A stretch of DNA of 64,000 bases from an uncultured Verrucomicrobia subdivision 3 bacterium (GCA_903911825.1 CAIWFB010000216.1:1317-65316), one strand, 5' to 3'; positions 36,578-45,331 are shown, counted from the stretch's first letter. Notes: generated by a model from the letters alone, not told the origin. Numbers and translations: made by a program.

Positions 36578-38296
36578 CTAAAGTTTTGCGATTTGTGCGA
36601 GTTGCTGATTGGTCTTGGCCGTAGCCGTTTCCATAGCTTGAAACTCTTTGGTCCAGAAGGCTTGATCCGCCGCGATGATCTTTTCCTGATTCGTGATCTG
36701 GTCATCGACCGCTTTGCTCTGTTTGGTCAAGACCGCCTGATGCGCGGTGAGCGACCCGGAATCCCCGACAATATTCGTCAAAAACGAATCCAACTTCACG
36801 GCCAGCCCGCTGGTGGAATCCGAGAACAATTTTTTGACGCTGCTTAAATTGCCCGTGAGGGCGTCATTTAAAGCCGAGGAATCCGCGAGCGTGATGGTGT
36901 TATCATAGCCGTTGGACTTGATGCCGAGCCCTGCCAGTTGACTTAACGTGGCGGAGAGCCCGGTGATGGAGACCGATGAAAAAGTGTTGCTGCGAAGATT
37001 ACTCGCAATATTGCCTGCGTCCACATCGCCGGTGAGCGTGCCGGCGGTCACCACCCCAGCCGGACTCGTGGAGCTCGCGGAATTGGTGGTGATGTAGGAT
37101 TGGATGTTGTTGTAGGCAGAAATAAATTTTTGAATATTCGTGCTCACGGCAGTCGTATCGGCCGCCACCGTCACGGTCGTCGCGCCCGAGGTGAGCGCGG
37201 CCAGGGACAAACCGGTGACGCCGGAACTATCCGCATTGATGGTATTGGAACGACTCACCAACGTGGCGCCGCCATTGACGGTATATTTCAAATCCTGCCC
37301 GGTCGCAAACGCGCCGCCGGACAAGCCGGTGGCCGCGAGAAAATTGCCCGTGACATCCTGAAGCGAAATCCCCACATCCCCCGTCGTCTTGTTGGAAAGC
37401 GAAAACCGGTTGTTCACCGAATCGTATTGAGCGGTCACGCCGGCCGCCGATGAATTAATCCGATCGAGCACGGCGGCGGTGGTGTCGGTGCTGGCGTTGA
37501 AACTGATGCTGACGCCATTGATCTGAAACGCGCCCGCACCGCTGCCGCCATCGTTGACGGCAGTCGCGAGGCTGGCCCCCGTCAGGACAGCGGAGGTTTT
37601 GACGCGCCCCAACGCATCACCACTGGTGACGCTGTTGGTGGTGTTATTATAAAGCTTGGCCACTTGCAAAAAATTACTCGTATCGGCGGCGCTGCCGAGC
37701 GTGATGGCGCTGGCGCTGTTCAACGTGATCTTATCCGTGCTGGCATCGTAGCTAGCGGTCACAGCGTTGCCGGTAGCGGTGGCGATCTTGTCAAAGACGC
37801 CTTGCAGCGAATCGGTGGTGGCCACAGTGACTTGCTGGCCATTCACGGAAAAAGTTCCCGCGCTGACGGACGTCGCAAAGTTAGCCGCGCCCACGGTGAC
37901 GCCGCTGACGTCACTGGTCGCGCTGAGATGGCTGCTGATATTGCCCGTGCCGGTCTGCGTGGCGGCGGTGGCGAGTTGGGAGATATTGAAATTGAAGGTG
38001 CCGGTCATGCCCCCGGAAACGGCGGTGGCGGTGGCCACGGCAGGGGTGCCGCTGGTCGCGCTCCGGTTATCGTAAATGGTGGAATCTTTCAACGCCTGCA
38101 CGCTCGTCTGGAACTGGGTCAGATAACTTTTGATGATCGTGTAAGCGGAATTCTTGCTGTTGATCTTGGCCTGGCTTTTCGCCCAGACCGCTTCCGGCGC
38201 ACGCTCCGCCTGGGCCAACTGAGACACGAGGGTCTTCCAGTCAAAGCCAGATGCCAGTCCCGAGATGGATAAGTCCACGCCAGAGGTGCTTGCCAT
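36578..38296 (-). CDS. fliD: Flagellar filament cap protein FliD
   Basis: N-terminal ISGLASGFDWKTLVSQLAQAERAP and a C-terminal coiled-coil region. 572 aa. Confidence 0.9.
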   Translation of the reverse strand: MASTSGVDLSISGLASGFDWKTLVSQLAQAERAPEAVWAKSQAKINSKNSAYTIIKSYLTQFQTSVQALKDSTIYDNRSATSGTPAVATATAVSGGMTGTFNFNISQLATAATQTGTGNISSHLSATSDVSGVTVGAANFATSVSAGTFSVNGQQVTVATTDSLQGVFDKIATATGNAVTASYDASTDKITLNSASAITLGSAADTSNFLQVAKLYNNTTNSVTSGDALGRVKTSAVLTGASLATAVNDGGSGAGAFQINGVSISFNASTDTTAAVLDRINSSAAGVTAQYDSVNNRFSLSNKTTGDVGISLQDVTGNFLAATGLSGGAFATGQDLKYTVNGGATLVSRSNTINADSSGVTGLSLAALTSGATTVTVAADTTAVSTNIQKFISAYNNIQSYITTNSASSTSPAGVVTAGTLTGDVDAGNIASNLRSNTFSSVSITGLSATLSQLAGLGIKSNGYDNTITLADSSALNDALTGNLSSVKKLFSDSTSGLAVKLDSFLTNIVGDSGSLTAHQAVLTKQSKAVDDQITNQEKIIAADQAFWTKEFQAMETATAKTNQQLAQIAKL

Positions 38297-38346
38297 AATT
38301 TTTTCGTTGTTACGTTACGTTCACTACATTGCTGCCTGCGATGAAA

Positions 38347-38377
38347 CCCCGGACGACGCACCGGGCGCCGTCCGGGG
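38347..38377 (-). terminator. GC-rich hairpin after flagellin 1
   Basis: mRNA sense: CCCCGGACG…CGUCCGGGG followed by UUUCAUC. The U-tract is short. Confidence 0.5.
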
Positions 38378-38410
38378 AACTTTTCACCGGTCTTTGCGAT
38401 CAGTCTCGGC

Positions 38411-39214
38411 TTAACCTAACAAGCGGAGGACCGATTGCGGCATCGAGTTGGCCTGCGCGAGCATCGCCGTGCCAGATTGGACGAGGATGTTGTTTTTCGC
38501 GTAGGTGGTGCTTTCTTGCGCCACGTCCACATCGGTGATGCGACTTTTAGCGGCGGAAAGGTTGTTGCTCAACGAGCTCAACTGGTCACTGTGGTAACCG
38601 AGGGCTTCGATGTTGGAACCGATATTGGCACGATCTTTAGCGAGCTGCGTGATCGCGGCTTTGACGTTGGTCAAGGCCGTGGCCGCATGCGCCGAGGTGT
38701 CAACCGAAGACCCGGTAGCGGTGGTGTAAGTGGTGTTACCCAGATTCACCCCGACGTTGGAGAACGTGTTACCATCGCTGTCCGAGGTCACGTTCAGCGC
38801 CGTGCCACTGAAGAGGCTGACGCCGTTGAAATCCTTGGTAGAGGCGTCACCGACGTAGGTAGCCAAGGTGCTAAACTCCGTGTTATACAGGGAGCGATCG
38901 GCGTCCGTCTTGGTGACGTCTTGTGAGAGCACAGACAATTCACTCATCCGGTTGAGCGCGTCATTCACTTTTTGCAGATAACCGTCCTGCGTTTGGTTGA
39001 ATGAGATGGCGTTGCCCACGTTGCTCTGCGCCGCATTCGTGCGGGAGATCTGGGCGTTGAGCTTCATAGACACAGCGAGACCCGCGCTATCATCCGCCGG
39101 CGAAACGATCTTCGAACCGGAGGACAAGCGTGCGAGCGATTTGCTGAGCATAGCGCTGGATTGACCGAGCTGTGCGGCCGCGGATTGTGCAGTAGTATTT
39201 GTATTGATGACCAT
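38411..39214 (-). CDS. fliC: Flagellin (copy 1, 267 aa)
   Basis: MVINTN…LSSGSKIVSPADDSAGLAVS… and …RITDVDVAQESTTYAKNNILVQSGTAMLAQANSMPQSVLRLLG. Confidence 0.92.
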   Translation of the reverse strand: MVINTNTTAQSAAAQLGQSSAMLSKSLARLSSGSKIVSPADDSAGLAVSMKLNAQISRTNAAQSNVGNAISFNQTQDGYLQKVNDALNRMSELSVLSQDVTKTDADRSLYNTEFSTLATYVGDASTKDFNGVSLFSGTALNVTSDSDGNTFSNVGVNLGNTTYTTATGSSVDTSAHAATALTNVKAAITQLAKDRANIGSNIEALGYHSDQLSSLSNNLSAAKSRITDVDVAQESTTYAKNNILVQSGTAMLAQANSMPQSVLRLLG

Positions 39215-39282
39215 AACTGACTCCTTCCATGAGTCACCCCTTGCGGGGTTTTAGATGTTTTGAACGAGGCATCCCTGCCTCG
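39215..39282 (-). promoter_or_regulatory. Flagellin-1 leader: SD-overlapping GGA site + two hairpins, distal loop AGGGAU
   Basis: mRNA sense: CGAGGC-AGGGAU-GCCUCG … CCCCGCAAGGGG … CAUGGAAGGAGUCAGUU-AUG. Confidence 0.65.
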
Positions 39283-39408
39283 GAGCGGACTTTGGAAAGG
39301 GCGTCCACCCAGTTAATCCCCCGGCCGTTTGCGGTCGCCGTCACCGTTGTCTCCTAAATCATTATCCGTGAACCACACTGATAATTTGTGACTTACTCGA
39401 CACCTAAT

Positions 39409-39435
39409 CTATCGGCCGACTCCCCAAACACTTTA
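39409..39435 (-). promoter_or_regulatory. Sigma-28 (FliA)-type promoter of flagellin 1
   Basis: The minus strand reads TAAA-N15-GCCGATAG. The consensus is TAAA-N15-GCCGATAA. Confidence 0.7.
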
Positions 39436-39604
39436 GCGAAGAAAATAAAACATCCCCCAAACCGGCTTAACGCCTGGTTATAAGGGATGTTTTGGATGAA
39501 CCTTCCAGAGCGCAGGCGGAATTTTCCGCAGGGAAGTCGGGCGGAACGGTCCGCGACCTAAACCTGATGCGGGAAAACGACTAAAGCTTTAATCCCGCCT
39601 GCGT

Positions 39605-39654
39605 CTGGAAAAATAACGAACGAAGCGGCTCACGCCGCAGTCGCGGCGTGAGCC
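39605..39654 (-). terminator. Intrinsic terminator after flagellin 2
   Basis: 12-bp stem GGCUCACGCCGC/GCGGCGUGAGCC followed by a U-rich GCUUCGUUCGUUAUUUUUCC. Confidence 0.6.
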
Positions 39655-39663
39655 GGTGAAGAA

Positions 39664-40467
39664 TTAACCCAAGAGCTTGAGGACGGATTGCGGGAGCGAA
39701 TTCGCTTGGGACAACATCGCCGTGCCGGATTGGACGAGAATGTTCCACTTCGCGTAGTTCGTGCTCTCCTGCGCCACATCCACATCCGTGATCCGGCTAT
39801 TTGCAGCCGACAGGTTGTTCTTCAACGAGGACAACTGGTCGTTGTAATAGGCCAGGCTTTCCATGTTGGAACCAATATTGGCGCGATCGGAGGCGAGCTG
39901 ATTGATGGCCGCCTTCACCGTGCCGAGCGCCGTGGCGGCATTCGCAGATGTATCAATCGTGCCCGCGATGGCCGAGGCATACGTGGCGTTGGCGAGATTT
40001 ACCCCGGACATAGCGAAGAGATTGGCTTCGCTATCCGTCGTGACATTCAGCGTGGCCGCCGAGAACAGGCTGACGCCGTTGAAATCTTTCGTGGCGACGT
40101 TATTGATGTAAGAACCGAGGGCAGAAAACTCCTGTTGATACAGGGCGCGATCCGAATCCTGCTTCGTCACGTCTTGCGACAGCACGGCGAGTTCGCTCAT
40201 GCGGCTCAAGGCATCATTCACTTTCGTCAGATACCCATCCTGAGTCTGGCTGAAGGAGATGGCGTTGCCGACGTTATTGGAAGCCGCATTGATGCGGGCC
40301 AGTTGGGCATTTAACTTCATCGAGACCGCCAGCCCAGCGCTGTCATCGGCCGGAGAAGTGATTTTGGATCCGGAGGATAGACGTTGCAGTGATTGCGCGA
40401 GCATGCCGGAGGAATGCATTAGGAGCGTAGACGTTCCTTGCGCCTGCAGATTTGTATTGATGACCAT
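39664..40467 (-). CDS. fliC: Flagellin (copy 2, 267 aa)
   Basis: Start at Met20 of the ORF (MVINTNLQAQ…). Conserved flagellin termini. Confidence 0.92.
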   Translation of the reverse strand: MVINTNLQAQGTSTLLMHSSGMLAQSLQRLSSGSKITSPADDSAGLAVSMKLNAQLARINAASNNVGNAISFSQTQDGYLTKVNDALSRMSELAVLSQDVTKQDSDRALYQQEFSALGSYINNVATKDFNGVSLFSAATLNVTTDSEANLFAMSGVNLANATYASAIAGTIDTSANAATALGTVKAAINQLASDRANIGSNMESLAYYNDQLSSLKNNLSAANSRITDVDVAQESTNYAKWNILVQSGTAMLSQANSLPQSVLKLLG

Positions 40468-40530
40468 AACTTTACTCTTTCCGTGAGTCGCCCCGGGAGG
40501 GGCGTTGATTTGCGCAACATCCATGTTGCG
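40468..40530 (-). promoter_or_regulatory. Flagellin-2 leader hairpins, distal loop AUGGAU
   Basis: mRNA sense: CGCAAC-AUGGAU-GUUGCG … GCCCCUCCCGGGGC … CACGGAAAGAGUAAAGUU-AUG. Confidence 0.65.
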
Positions 40531-40611
40531 GGTGCTTCAATTAAGGGTGAAACACCGTTTTTCCCTGCCAACCTTTAGAGGCCGTTGACCGCCTGTCTTG
40601 CGACACCCTAG

Positions 40612-40637
40612 TTATCGGTGACCGCAAAAAATTCTTA
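40612..40637 (-). promoter_or_regulatory. Sigma-28-type promoter of flagellin 2
   Basis: The minus strand reads TAAG-N14-ACCGATAA. Confidence 0.6.
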
Positions 40638-40646
40638 AGCAAAAAA

Positions 40647-41477
40647 TTAATTACCACCCAAAAGTTTTAAAACAGACTGCGGCTGCGTGTTCGCCTGCGC
40701 CAACATCGCCGTGCCGGATTGGACAAGAATGTTCCACTTCGCGTAGTTCGTGCTCTCCTGCGCCACATCCACATCCGTGATCCGGCTGTTCGCAGCAGAA
40801 AGATTATTCTGCAAGGCCGCGAGCTGTTCGTGATAAAAGCCCAGCCGCTCCAGATCCAAACCCAAACTGCCCCGGTCCCGGGCGAGCTGATCGATCGCCG
40901 CCTTCACGCCTGACAACGTAGTGGCCGCATGGGCCGCCGTGCCGATGTCCGCCTGCGCCACCGACGCGTAAGTCGCGCTGCTCAAATTGAGGCCGATCAT
41001 CGTCATCGTGCCCACCCGCATGATCGTGTGCTCAATGTCGCCCGCCGTCGTGACGTATAAATTCTGGGAGGTGAACAAACTGACCCCGTTGAAATCCTGC
41101 GTCGCCGCGTGCTGGAGATAATCACCGAGGGAATGAAATTCTTGCTGATACAAACCGCGATCCGCATCCGACTTGGTCACATCCAACGACAGCAGCGACA
41201 GTTCGCTCATGCGCGTCAAGGCCGCGCCCACTTTTTGCAGATAACCATCCTGGGTCTGCACAAACGACATCGCGTTGGAGAGATTACTTTGCGCCGCGTC
41301 GAGGCGCAGCAATTGCGCCCCCAACTGCGTGGACACCGCCAGCCCCGCGCTATCATCCGCTGGAGAAATGATTTTGGATCCCGACGAAAGCCGTTGGAGT
41401 GATTGGGCGAGCGCGCCCGAAGAGTGCGCCAAGCGCGTAGCCGCCGCCTGCGCCGAAAAATTAGTGTTGATGACCAT
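40647..41477 (-). CDS. fliC: Flagellin (copy 3, divergent, 276 aa)
   Basis: Only the last 276 codons of the 477-aa ORF are flagellin (MVINTNFSAQ… to …PQSVLKLLGGN). The upstream 200 codons are Arg/Pro-rich translation of the leader. Confidence 0.88.
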   Translation of the reverse strand: MVINTNFSAQAAATRLAHSSGALAQSLQRLSSGSKIISPADDSAGLAVSTQLGAQLLRLDAAQSNLSNAMSFVQTQDGYLQKVGAALTRMSELSLLSLDVTKSDADRGLYQQEFHSLGDYLQHAATQDFNGVSLFTSQNLYVTTAGDIEHTIMRVGTMTMIGLNLSSATYASVAQADIGTAAHAATTLSGVKAAIDQLARDRGSLGLDLERLGFYHEQLAALQNNLSAANSRITDVDVAQESTNYAKWNILVQSGTAMLAQANTQPQSVLKLLGGN

Positions 41478-41540
41478 AACGAACTCTTTCCATGAGTCGC
41501 CCCGCGAAGGGCATTGGATTGGCGCGACATCCGTGTCGCG
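41478..41540 (-). promoter_or_regulatory. Flagellin-3 leader hairpins, distal loop ACGGAU
   Basis: mRNA sense: CGCGAC-ACGGAU-GUCGCG … GCCCUUCGCGGGGC … CAUGGAAAGAGUUCGUU-AUG. Confidence 0.65.
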
Positions 41541-41585
41541 GGTGCATCTCAAGCAAAGGAAGGATGCGCCGACTTCTTGACCGAC

Positions 41586-41611
41586 CGAGCGGCACTGTCT
41601 GGCCCGTCTTA
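41586..41611 (-). promoter_or_regulatory. Weak sigma-28-like match upstream of flagellin 3
   Basis: TAAG-N14-GCCGCTCG has the same spacing as copies 2 and 4 but a poor -10 element. Confidence 0.3.
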
Positions 41612-41906
41612 ACAACACCATCCGCCAGACTCCGCTGCTGCGAGTGATAACCGTCTCCACCGATTTGGCACCACCCCGACCAGACCGCAGACGGGGATTT
41701 CCCGCCGGGCGAAACGGGCTTGAATAAGCTGCGTTTCGAACCGTTGGGGGAAAACCTTGTGAATCTTCGCCCCGTCTGCGTCTGGTGGTTTTGGCTGCCT
41801 GTGACCTGTGCCCTGGCTGCTTTGGGTTTCCGCCGGTTTGGCCGCCGGCGGTTCTGACTGCGCGGCTGACTGGCTCCTTCCCCGGATATTCCGCTCTTCG
41901 GGTTGC

Positions 41907-41931
41907 CCGGGCGGCGGAGGCCGCCGCCCGG
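41907..41931 (-). terminator. GC hairpin after flagellin 4
   Basis: CCGGGCGGCGG-CCU-CCGCCGCCCGG, an 11-bp perfect stem with no clear U-tract. Confidence 0.45.
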
Positions 41932-41958
41932 ACGTTCCCGACTAGCGGACTTGAGGAA

Positions 41959-42762
41959 TTAACCCAAGAGCTTGAGGACGGATTGCGGGAGCGAATTCGC
42001 TTGGGATAACATCGCCGTGCCGGATTGGACGAGAATGTTCCACTTCGCGTAGTTCGTGCTCTCCTGCGCCACGTCCACATCCGTGATCCGGCTGTTCGCG
42101 GCCGACAGGTTGTTCTTCAACGAAGACAACTGGTCGTTGTAATACGTCAGGCTCTCGATGTTGGAACCGATGTTCGCGCGATCGTGAGCGAGCTGCGTCA
42201 AGCCGGCTTTGACATTCGTCAACGCAGTCAAGGCGCCCGCTGCCGTGCTGATATCCGAACTTGCCGCCGAGGCGTAAGTGGTGTTGCTCAAATTCACACC
42301 CGCCATGCCGAAGGTATTCGCTTCGCTATCGGTGGTGACGCTGAGACTGGTGCCGGTGAACAGGCTCACCCCGTTGAAATCTTTCGTCGCCACGTTCCCG
42401 ATGTAGGAACCGAGCGCGGAGAATTCTTGTTGATACAACGACCGATCGGAATCGGTCTTCGTCACGTCTTGCGCCAGGACCGACAATTCACTCATGCGAC
42501 TGAGGGCATCGTTGACCTTGGAGATGTAACCGTCTTGCGTCTGGCTGAACGAAATGGCGTTGCCGACATTGTTCGTGGCCGCGTTGATGCGGGCCAGTTG
42601 CGCGTTGAGTTTCATTGAGACCGCCAAACCAGCGCTGTCGTCCGCCGGCGAAGTGATCTTCGAGCCGGATGACAAACGTTGGAGGGATTGGCTCAACATA
42701 GCCGATGAATGCATCAGGAGCGTGGACGTGCCTTGCGCCTGAAGGTTAGTATTAATGACCAT
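41959..42762 (-). CDS. fliC: Flagellin (copy 4, 267 aa)
   Basis: MVINTNLQAQGTSTLLMHSS…. The 3' ~135 nt are nearly identical to copy 2. Confidence 0.92.
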   Translation of the reverse strand: MVINTNLQAQGTSTLLMHSSAMLSQSLQRLSSGSKITSPADDSAGLAVSMKLNAQLARINAATNNVGNAISFSQTQDGYISKVNDALSRMSELSVLAQDVTKTDSDRSLYQQEFSALGSYIGNVATKDFNGVSLFTGTSLSVTTDSEANTFGMAGVNLSNTTYASAASSDISTAAGALTALTNVKAGLTQLAHDRANIGSNIESLTYYNDQLSSLKNNLSAANSRITDVDVAQESTNYAKWNILVQSGTAMLSQANSLPQSVLKLLG

Positions 42763-42827
42763 AACTTTACTCTTTCCGTGAGTCGCCCCGGGAGGGGCGT
42801 TTTGTTTTGCGCAACATCCATGTTGCG
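42763..42827 (-). promoter_or_regulatory. Flagellin-4 leader hairpins, distal loop AUGGAU
   Basis: Same elements as the copy 2 leader. Confidence 0.65.
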
Positions 42828-42908
42828 GGTGTAACTTTCTCGGGCGTCACACCTTTAAACCCTGTCAGCCTTTGGAGGCTGCTGACCGCCTATCTTGCGA
42901 CACCACAC

Positions 42909-42934
42909 TCATCGGCAGAAAAGCGGCGCACTTA
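42909..42934 (-). promoter_or_regulatory. Sigma-28-type promoter of flagellin 4
   Basis: The minus strand reads TAAG-N14-GCCGATGA. Confidence 0.65.
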
Positions 42935-43006
42935 AATTTCCGCGTAATTTTTTTGCGCTCACCATAGACAAACCCCAGCAGCATACCGCAAAATCACGGC
43001 TCCGAC

Positions 43007-43762
43007 ATGAAAGCCGCCCACTCCGAAAATTCCGCCGAACGCGAATTGCTCCTCCACCAACAATTTCTCGCGCTCAACAAACTTTCCGCCGGCGTCGCCC
43101 ACGAATTCAACAACCTCGTCGCCGGCATTCTCGGCAGCGCCGAACTCATCGCCCTCGATTTGCCCGACGAACATCCCACCCGCGAAACGCTCAAACAAAT
43201 TTTTGAAGCCAGTCACCGCGCCCGCGATTTTATTCATTAACTTCGCGAACTCGCCCAACGCCCCGCGCCCGTCCTGCACCCGCTCCACCTCCAGCCCATC
43301 ATCGAAGAAAGCTGCGCCATTCTCCAAACCATCATCCCGCCCAAAGTGGAATTGCTCGCGCACATTGATGCCGATTGCCCCGCTGTGCTAGCCGATCCCG
43401 CGCAGATGCAGCAAACCATCATCGAACTCTGCGTCCAATCCTGGCACGGCCTGCCCGAACGCCGAGGCACCATTGAAATTTCGCTCAAGAAACACCACTT
43501 GGAAAAAACCGAAGGCCTCCGTCTCAGCGGCGACTACGCACTCATTGGTGTTTCCGATAACGGCCAAGGCCTCGACAAAAGCTCCAAAGAGAAGATCTTT
43601 GAACCTTTTCACATCCGCCGCTCCAACGGGAAAAAAATCGGACTGGAATTGTTTTTGGTGCGCGAAACCATCCACGCCCACCACGGTGAAATCGTTGTGG
43701 AAAGCGAACCTGGCCACGGCCTCGCCTTCCACGTCTATCTGCCTGCCGTGAAGGAAAAATAA
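43007..43762 (+). pseudogene. Soluble histidine kinase (HisKA + HATPase_c) interrupted by one in-frame TAA
   Basis: ORFs 43007..43240 (H-box SAGVAHEFNNL) and 43346..43762 (N/G boxes, …DNGQGLD…GLELFLV…) are in the same frame. The only stop between them is TAA at 43238-43240. Confidence 0.65.
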
Positions 43763-43814
43763 TTCTTAAGAAAAGCCCGCTGCCGCGTTTTGTCGCCCAT
43801 GGCGACGAGGCGAA

Positions 43815-44222
43815 TTAGCCAATCCGGAAAGAAATCTTCTGCACCACTGACTTGCCAAAGCTGTGCTGCAACCGCTCCAAAATTTCTTTGCGCCGGTAAC
43901 GCACGATTTCGTTCAGCCACACGCTCGAGTCCACATTCACAAACAGCGTGCCCTTGTTCAGGTTATGCGGCTGCGCGTGCGCCGTGACCGCCGGATCAAT
44001 CAGCGCATTCCAAACCTTGACGATTTCCGCCTCCGCTTGTCGCGCCTCCAGCCGAAATTCCTTCATCAACGCCGGCAGGAAATCGCCCACCGGCCGCGCC
44101 GGTGTGGCGCGCGCCTTTTCTAGCGGCACATAATCCACCCCGCGCCACTGCGCGAGCACGCGCGCGCGGGCGGAAGCTTTTCCCCCGCCTGACGACGTAT
44201 ATTTTTTGACCGGCGGCAACAC
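43815..44222 (-). CDS. DUF721 (DciA-like) protein
   Basis: …IVKVWNALIDPAVTAHAQPHNLNKGTLFVNVDSSVWLNEIVRYRRKEILERLQ…. Confidence 0.65.
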   Translation of the reverse strand: MLPPVKKYTSSGGGKASARARVLAQWRGVDYVPLEKARATPARPVGDFLPALMKEFRLEARQAEAEIVKVWNALIDPAVTAHAQPHNLNKGTLFVNVDSSVWLNEIVRYRRKEILERLQHSFGKSVVQKISFRIG

Positions 44223-44347
44223 GCGGAAATGTTCAGCCGAACCGGCGCGGAATGCAAGGCGTCACGCGCCTGCCCACCAAACCGCGCCACTAACCACGCT
44301 CGGAATTCCGACTTGCCAACCCAGACTTTGCACAGCAAAGTGAATCT

Positions 44348-44974
44348 ATGGAACCGAATTGGGCCGCTGAAAATCTCCAAACCATCCGCACCCTGATGGA
44401 ACGCTCCGCCGTCTATCGCCGCGCCCTCGCGCCGATCATGATTATTTGCGGAATTTCTGGATTAGCTGGTGGCGTCGCTGGCTGGCAATGGCATTTAGAT
44501 GCTAACAAAGAGTTTGTCTGGGTCTGGGTCATCACTGCTGTCTTCGCATTGAGTTGCTCCACTTTACTGATTCGCCAGCAGGCATTGAGGGCAGCAGAAT
44601 CATTTTGGTCTCCCCCCACTCGCCGAATTACCCAAGCCTTGATGCCCCCGTTTCTGGTTGGCGCTGTGTTGGCCGGGGTAACAACTCAGTGGGGAAATGA
44701 TACCGTTGGACGAGAGTTTTTAATCATAATTTGGTGCCTCGCTTTTGGATGTGGAATTAACGCCGCAGGCTTCTTTATGCCGCGCGGTATCAGATGGTTT
44801 GGTTGGATTTTTCTACTGATTGGCTTTGGCTTAATTGCCTGCCTTAGCCTAGAGGTTGATTTGTTAAAAGTGTTTCATTCACCACATTTACTCATGGCCA
44901 CCATCTTCGGTGGATTGCATCTTGCCTACGGTTTTTATCTCTACTTCACTGAAAAGAAAAACCCTACCGTGTGA
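44348..44974 (+). CDS. Hypothetical membrane protein
   Basis: 208 aa with about 5 TM helices. GTGA overlap with the downstream regulator gene. Confidence 0.6.
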   Translation: MEPNWAAENLQTIRTLMERSAVYRRALAPIMIICGISGLAGGVAGWQWHLDANKEFVWVWVITAVFALSCSTLLIRQQALRAAESFWSPPTRRITQALMPPFLVGAVLAGVTTQWGNDTVGREFLIIIWCLAFGCGINAAGFFMPRGIRWFGWIFLLIGFGLIACLSLEVDLLKVFHSPHLLMATIFGGLHLAYGFYLYFTEKKNPTV

Positions 44975-45279
44975 ATCCGGAACCGTTCTTACAATTGGAT
45001 CGGCTGATCCATGAGAAAGGCCGCCTGGCCATCATGTCCATGCTCGCCGCCGCGCCGGAACTGACCTTCACAGAACTGCGCAATGCGTTGGAAATGACCG
45101 ACGGCAATCTCACCACGCACATCAAAGCCTTGCAACAGGAAGGCTACGTTTCCGTGGCCAAGTCGTATCAAAATAATCGCCCGCTCACGACCTGTTCGCT
45201 CACGACTCCCGGTCGCAAAGCCTTCGCCGAATACATCAACTTGCTGGAAAAAATCGTCCAGCAACACCGCCCTCAGTAA
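44971..45279 (+). CDS. Winged-helix transcriptional regulator (ArsR/HTH_34-like)
   Basis: LDRLIHEKGRLAIMSMLAAAPELTFTELRNALEMTDGNLTTHIKALQQEGYVSV. Confidence 0.75.
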   Translation: MNPEPFLQLDRLIHEKGRLAIMSMLAAAPELTFTELRNALEMTDGNLTTHIKALQQEGYVSVAKSYQNNRPLTTCSLTTPGRKAFAEYINLLEKIVQQHRPQ

Positions 45280-45331
45280 AATTCTTTTGAACAGTTTCTA
45301 ACGGCTACGGTCTTCTACTTTGTAACACAAA

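Noticed and set aside
41478-42080. The N-terminal 200 codons of the 477-aa ORF 40647..42080 as part of a giant flagellin
   Set aside because: The segment is Arg/Pro/Gly-rich with no flagellin similarity. It overlaps the 3' end of flagellin 4 and its terminator hairpin. A canonical MVINTN start with SD and leader hairpins is present at 41477.
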